Assembly: GCA_002189035.1 (NCBI GenBank)
Contig: NEEC01000007.1
Location: 992,001 to 1,056,000, forward strand
DNA: 64,000 nt
Direction: 5' to 3'
DNA from: Utricularia gibba
Lineage: Eukaryota; Plantae; Magnoliophyta
The notes under the pieces are model-generated. The model did no database searches. It saw nothing but the letters and a program-made list of their open reading frames with translations, and was not told the origin of the DNA. Below, piece after piece: positions 63,547 to 64,000 of this stretch (its first letter is position 1; each line of letters begins with the position of its first letter). The translations under genes were made by a program, and so were the position numbers.

Positions 63547-64000
63547 TTAAGGTGAAAAACTCAAATGCCATAGATTCCTCTGCACCACAAATTTCTCAGT
63601 TTCTTCCTGTATTTGCCAGCCATTCTTCAAGTTTTGCCTCTTTATCGGCCTTAAACTCATCGTAATTCGCATACAAGGATACCAACTGTTGATGAGACAA
63701 GTTCTCATCGAGCTGCGATTCTTTGTCTGAAAGTTCCTCAGGAGCCTCACTTGACAGGGGCAACTCCTCAGACTCTGGCTTTGAAGCAGTGAAGGAACTT
63801 CCGAGCAAATGTGCTTCACTAGTGCTCTGGATAATTTCATCAGGTCTCTGTTTTGATAGCTTGAAGAACACAGACGAGAGATAACCGCCATCGCCTTCTT
63901 GTTGCACATCAGCTGCATTTCTTCCCCATGAAGCTGGAGAAAAGAAACTGCTACTTTTTCGAAGAAAACCAGAGCTGGGGCGTTTCTTTTGCTTCATTGA
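63547..64000 (-). CDS. 3' end of an unidentified gene running off the window edge; possible frameshift near 63610
   Basis: Open frame of at least 133 codons with protein-like composition (..LYANYDEFKADKEAKLEEWLA), overlapped by a second frame (..EETEKFVVQRNLWHLSFSP*). Family not recognised. Confidence 0.45.

Noticed and set aside
1-64000. CRISPR arrays, rRNA, tRNA or prokaryotic operons
   Set aside because: This is spliceosomal plant nuclear DNA. I saw no regularly spaced repeat-spacer arrays and no recognisable rRNA or tRNA sequence.

Overview
Gene-dense window from a photosynthetic flowering plant, probably a eudicot with a compact genome. It holds about 20 intron-containing protein genes in 64 kb, with many introns of only 64-110 nt. 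In order: 3' end of a mitochondrial carrier, KCS3/12/19-type ketoacyl-CoA synthase, PMP3/RCI2, a ~3.7 kb degenerate MuDR/MULE transposon with both TIRs and a candidate TSD, PWWP protein, NDUFA8, miR172-targeted euAP2/TOE factor, ELP6, pPLAIII patatin, an unidentified spliced minus-strand locus, a MIR160 gene, Lhca1, MLO, TET6-like tetraspanin, NHR2-like, a conserved unknown protein, an ARF10/16/17-clade factor, COX16, RING-vWA E3 ligase, WOX2, ABCG24/28-type transporter, AVT1 amino-acid transporter and a truncated gene end. Most notable observations: (1) the ARF10/16-type gene has lost its normally invariant miR160 site and its PB1 domain, and lies 14 kb from an intact MIR160; (2) the KCS gene, from a clade I recall as intronless, has three short introns with proto-splice or direct-repeat junctions; (3) the PWWP ORF takes its stop codon from the MULE TIR or splices across the element; (4) seven frameshifts in five genes are each repaired by adding one base to a G/C run, so they are most likely assembly errors rather than pseudogenes. 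I found no CRISPR, rRNA or tRNA. All family assignments come from motif recognition, not database searches.
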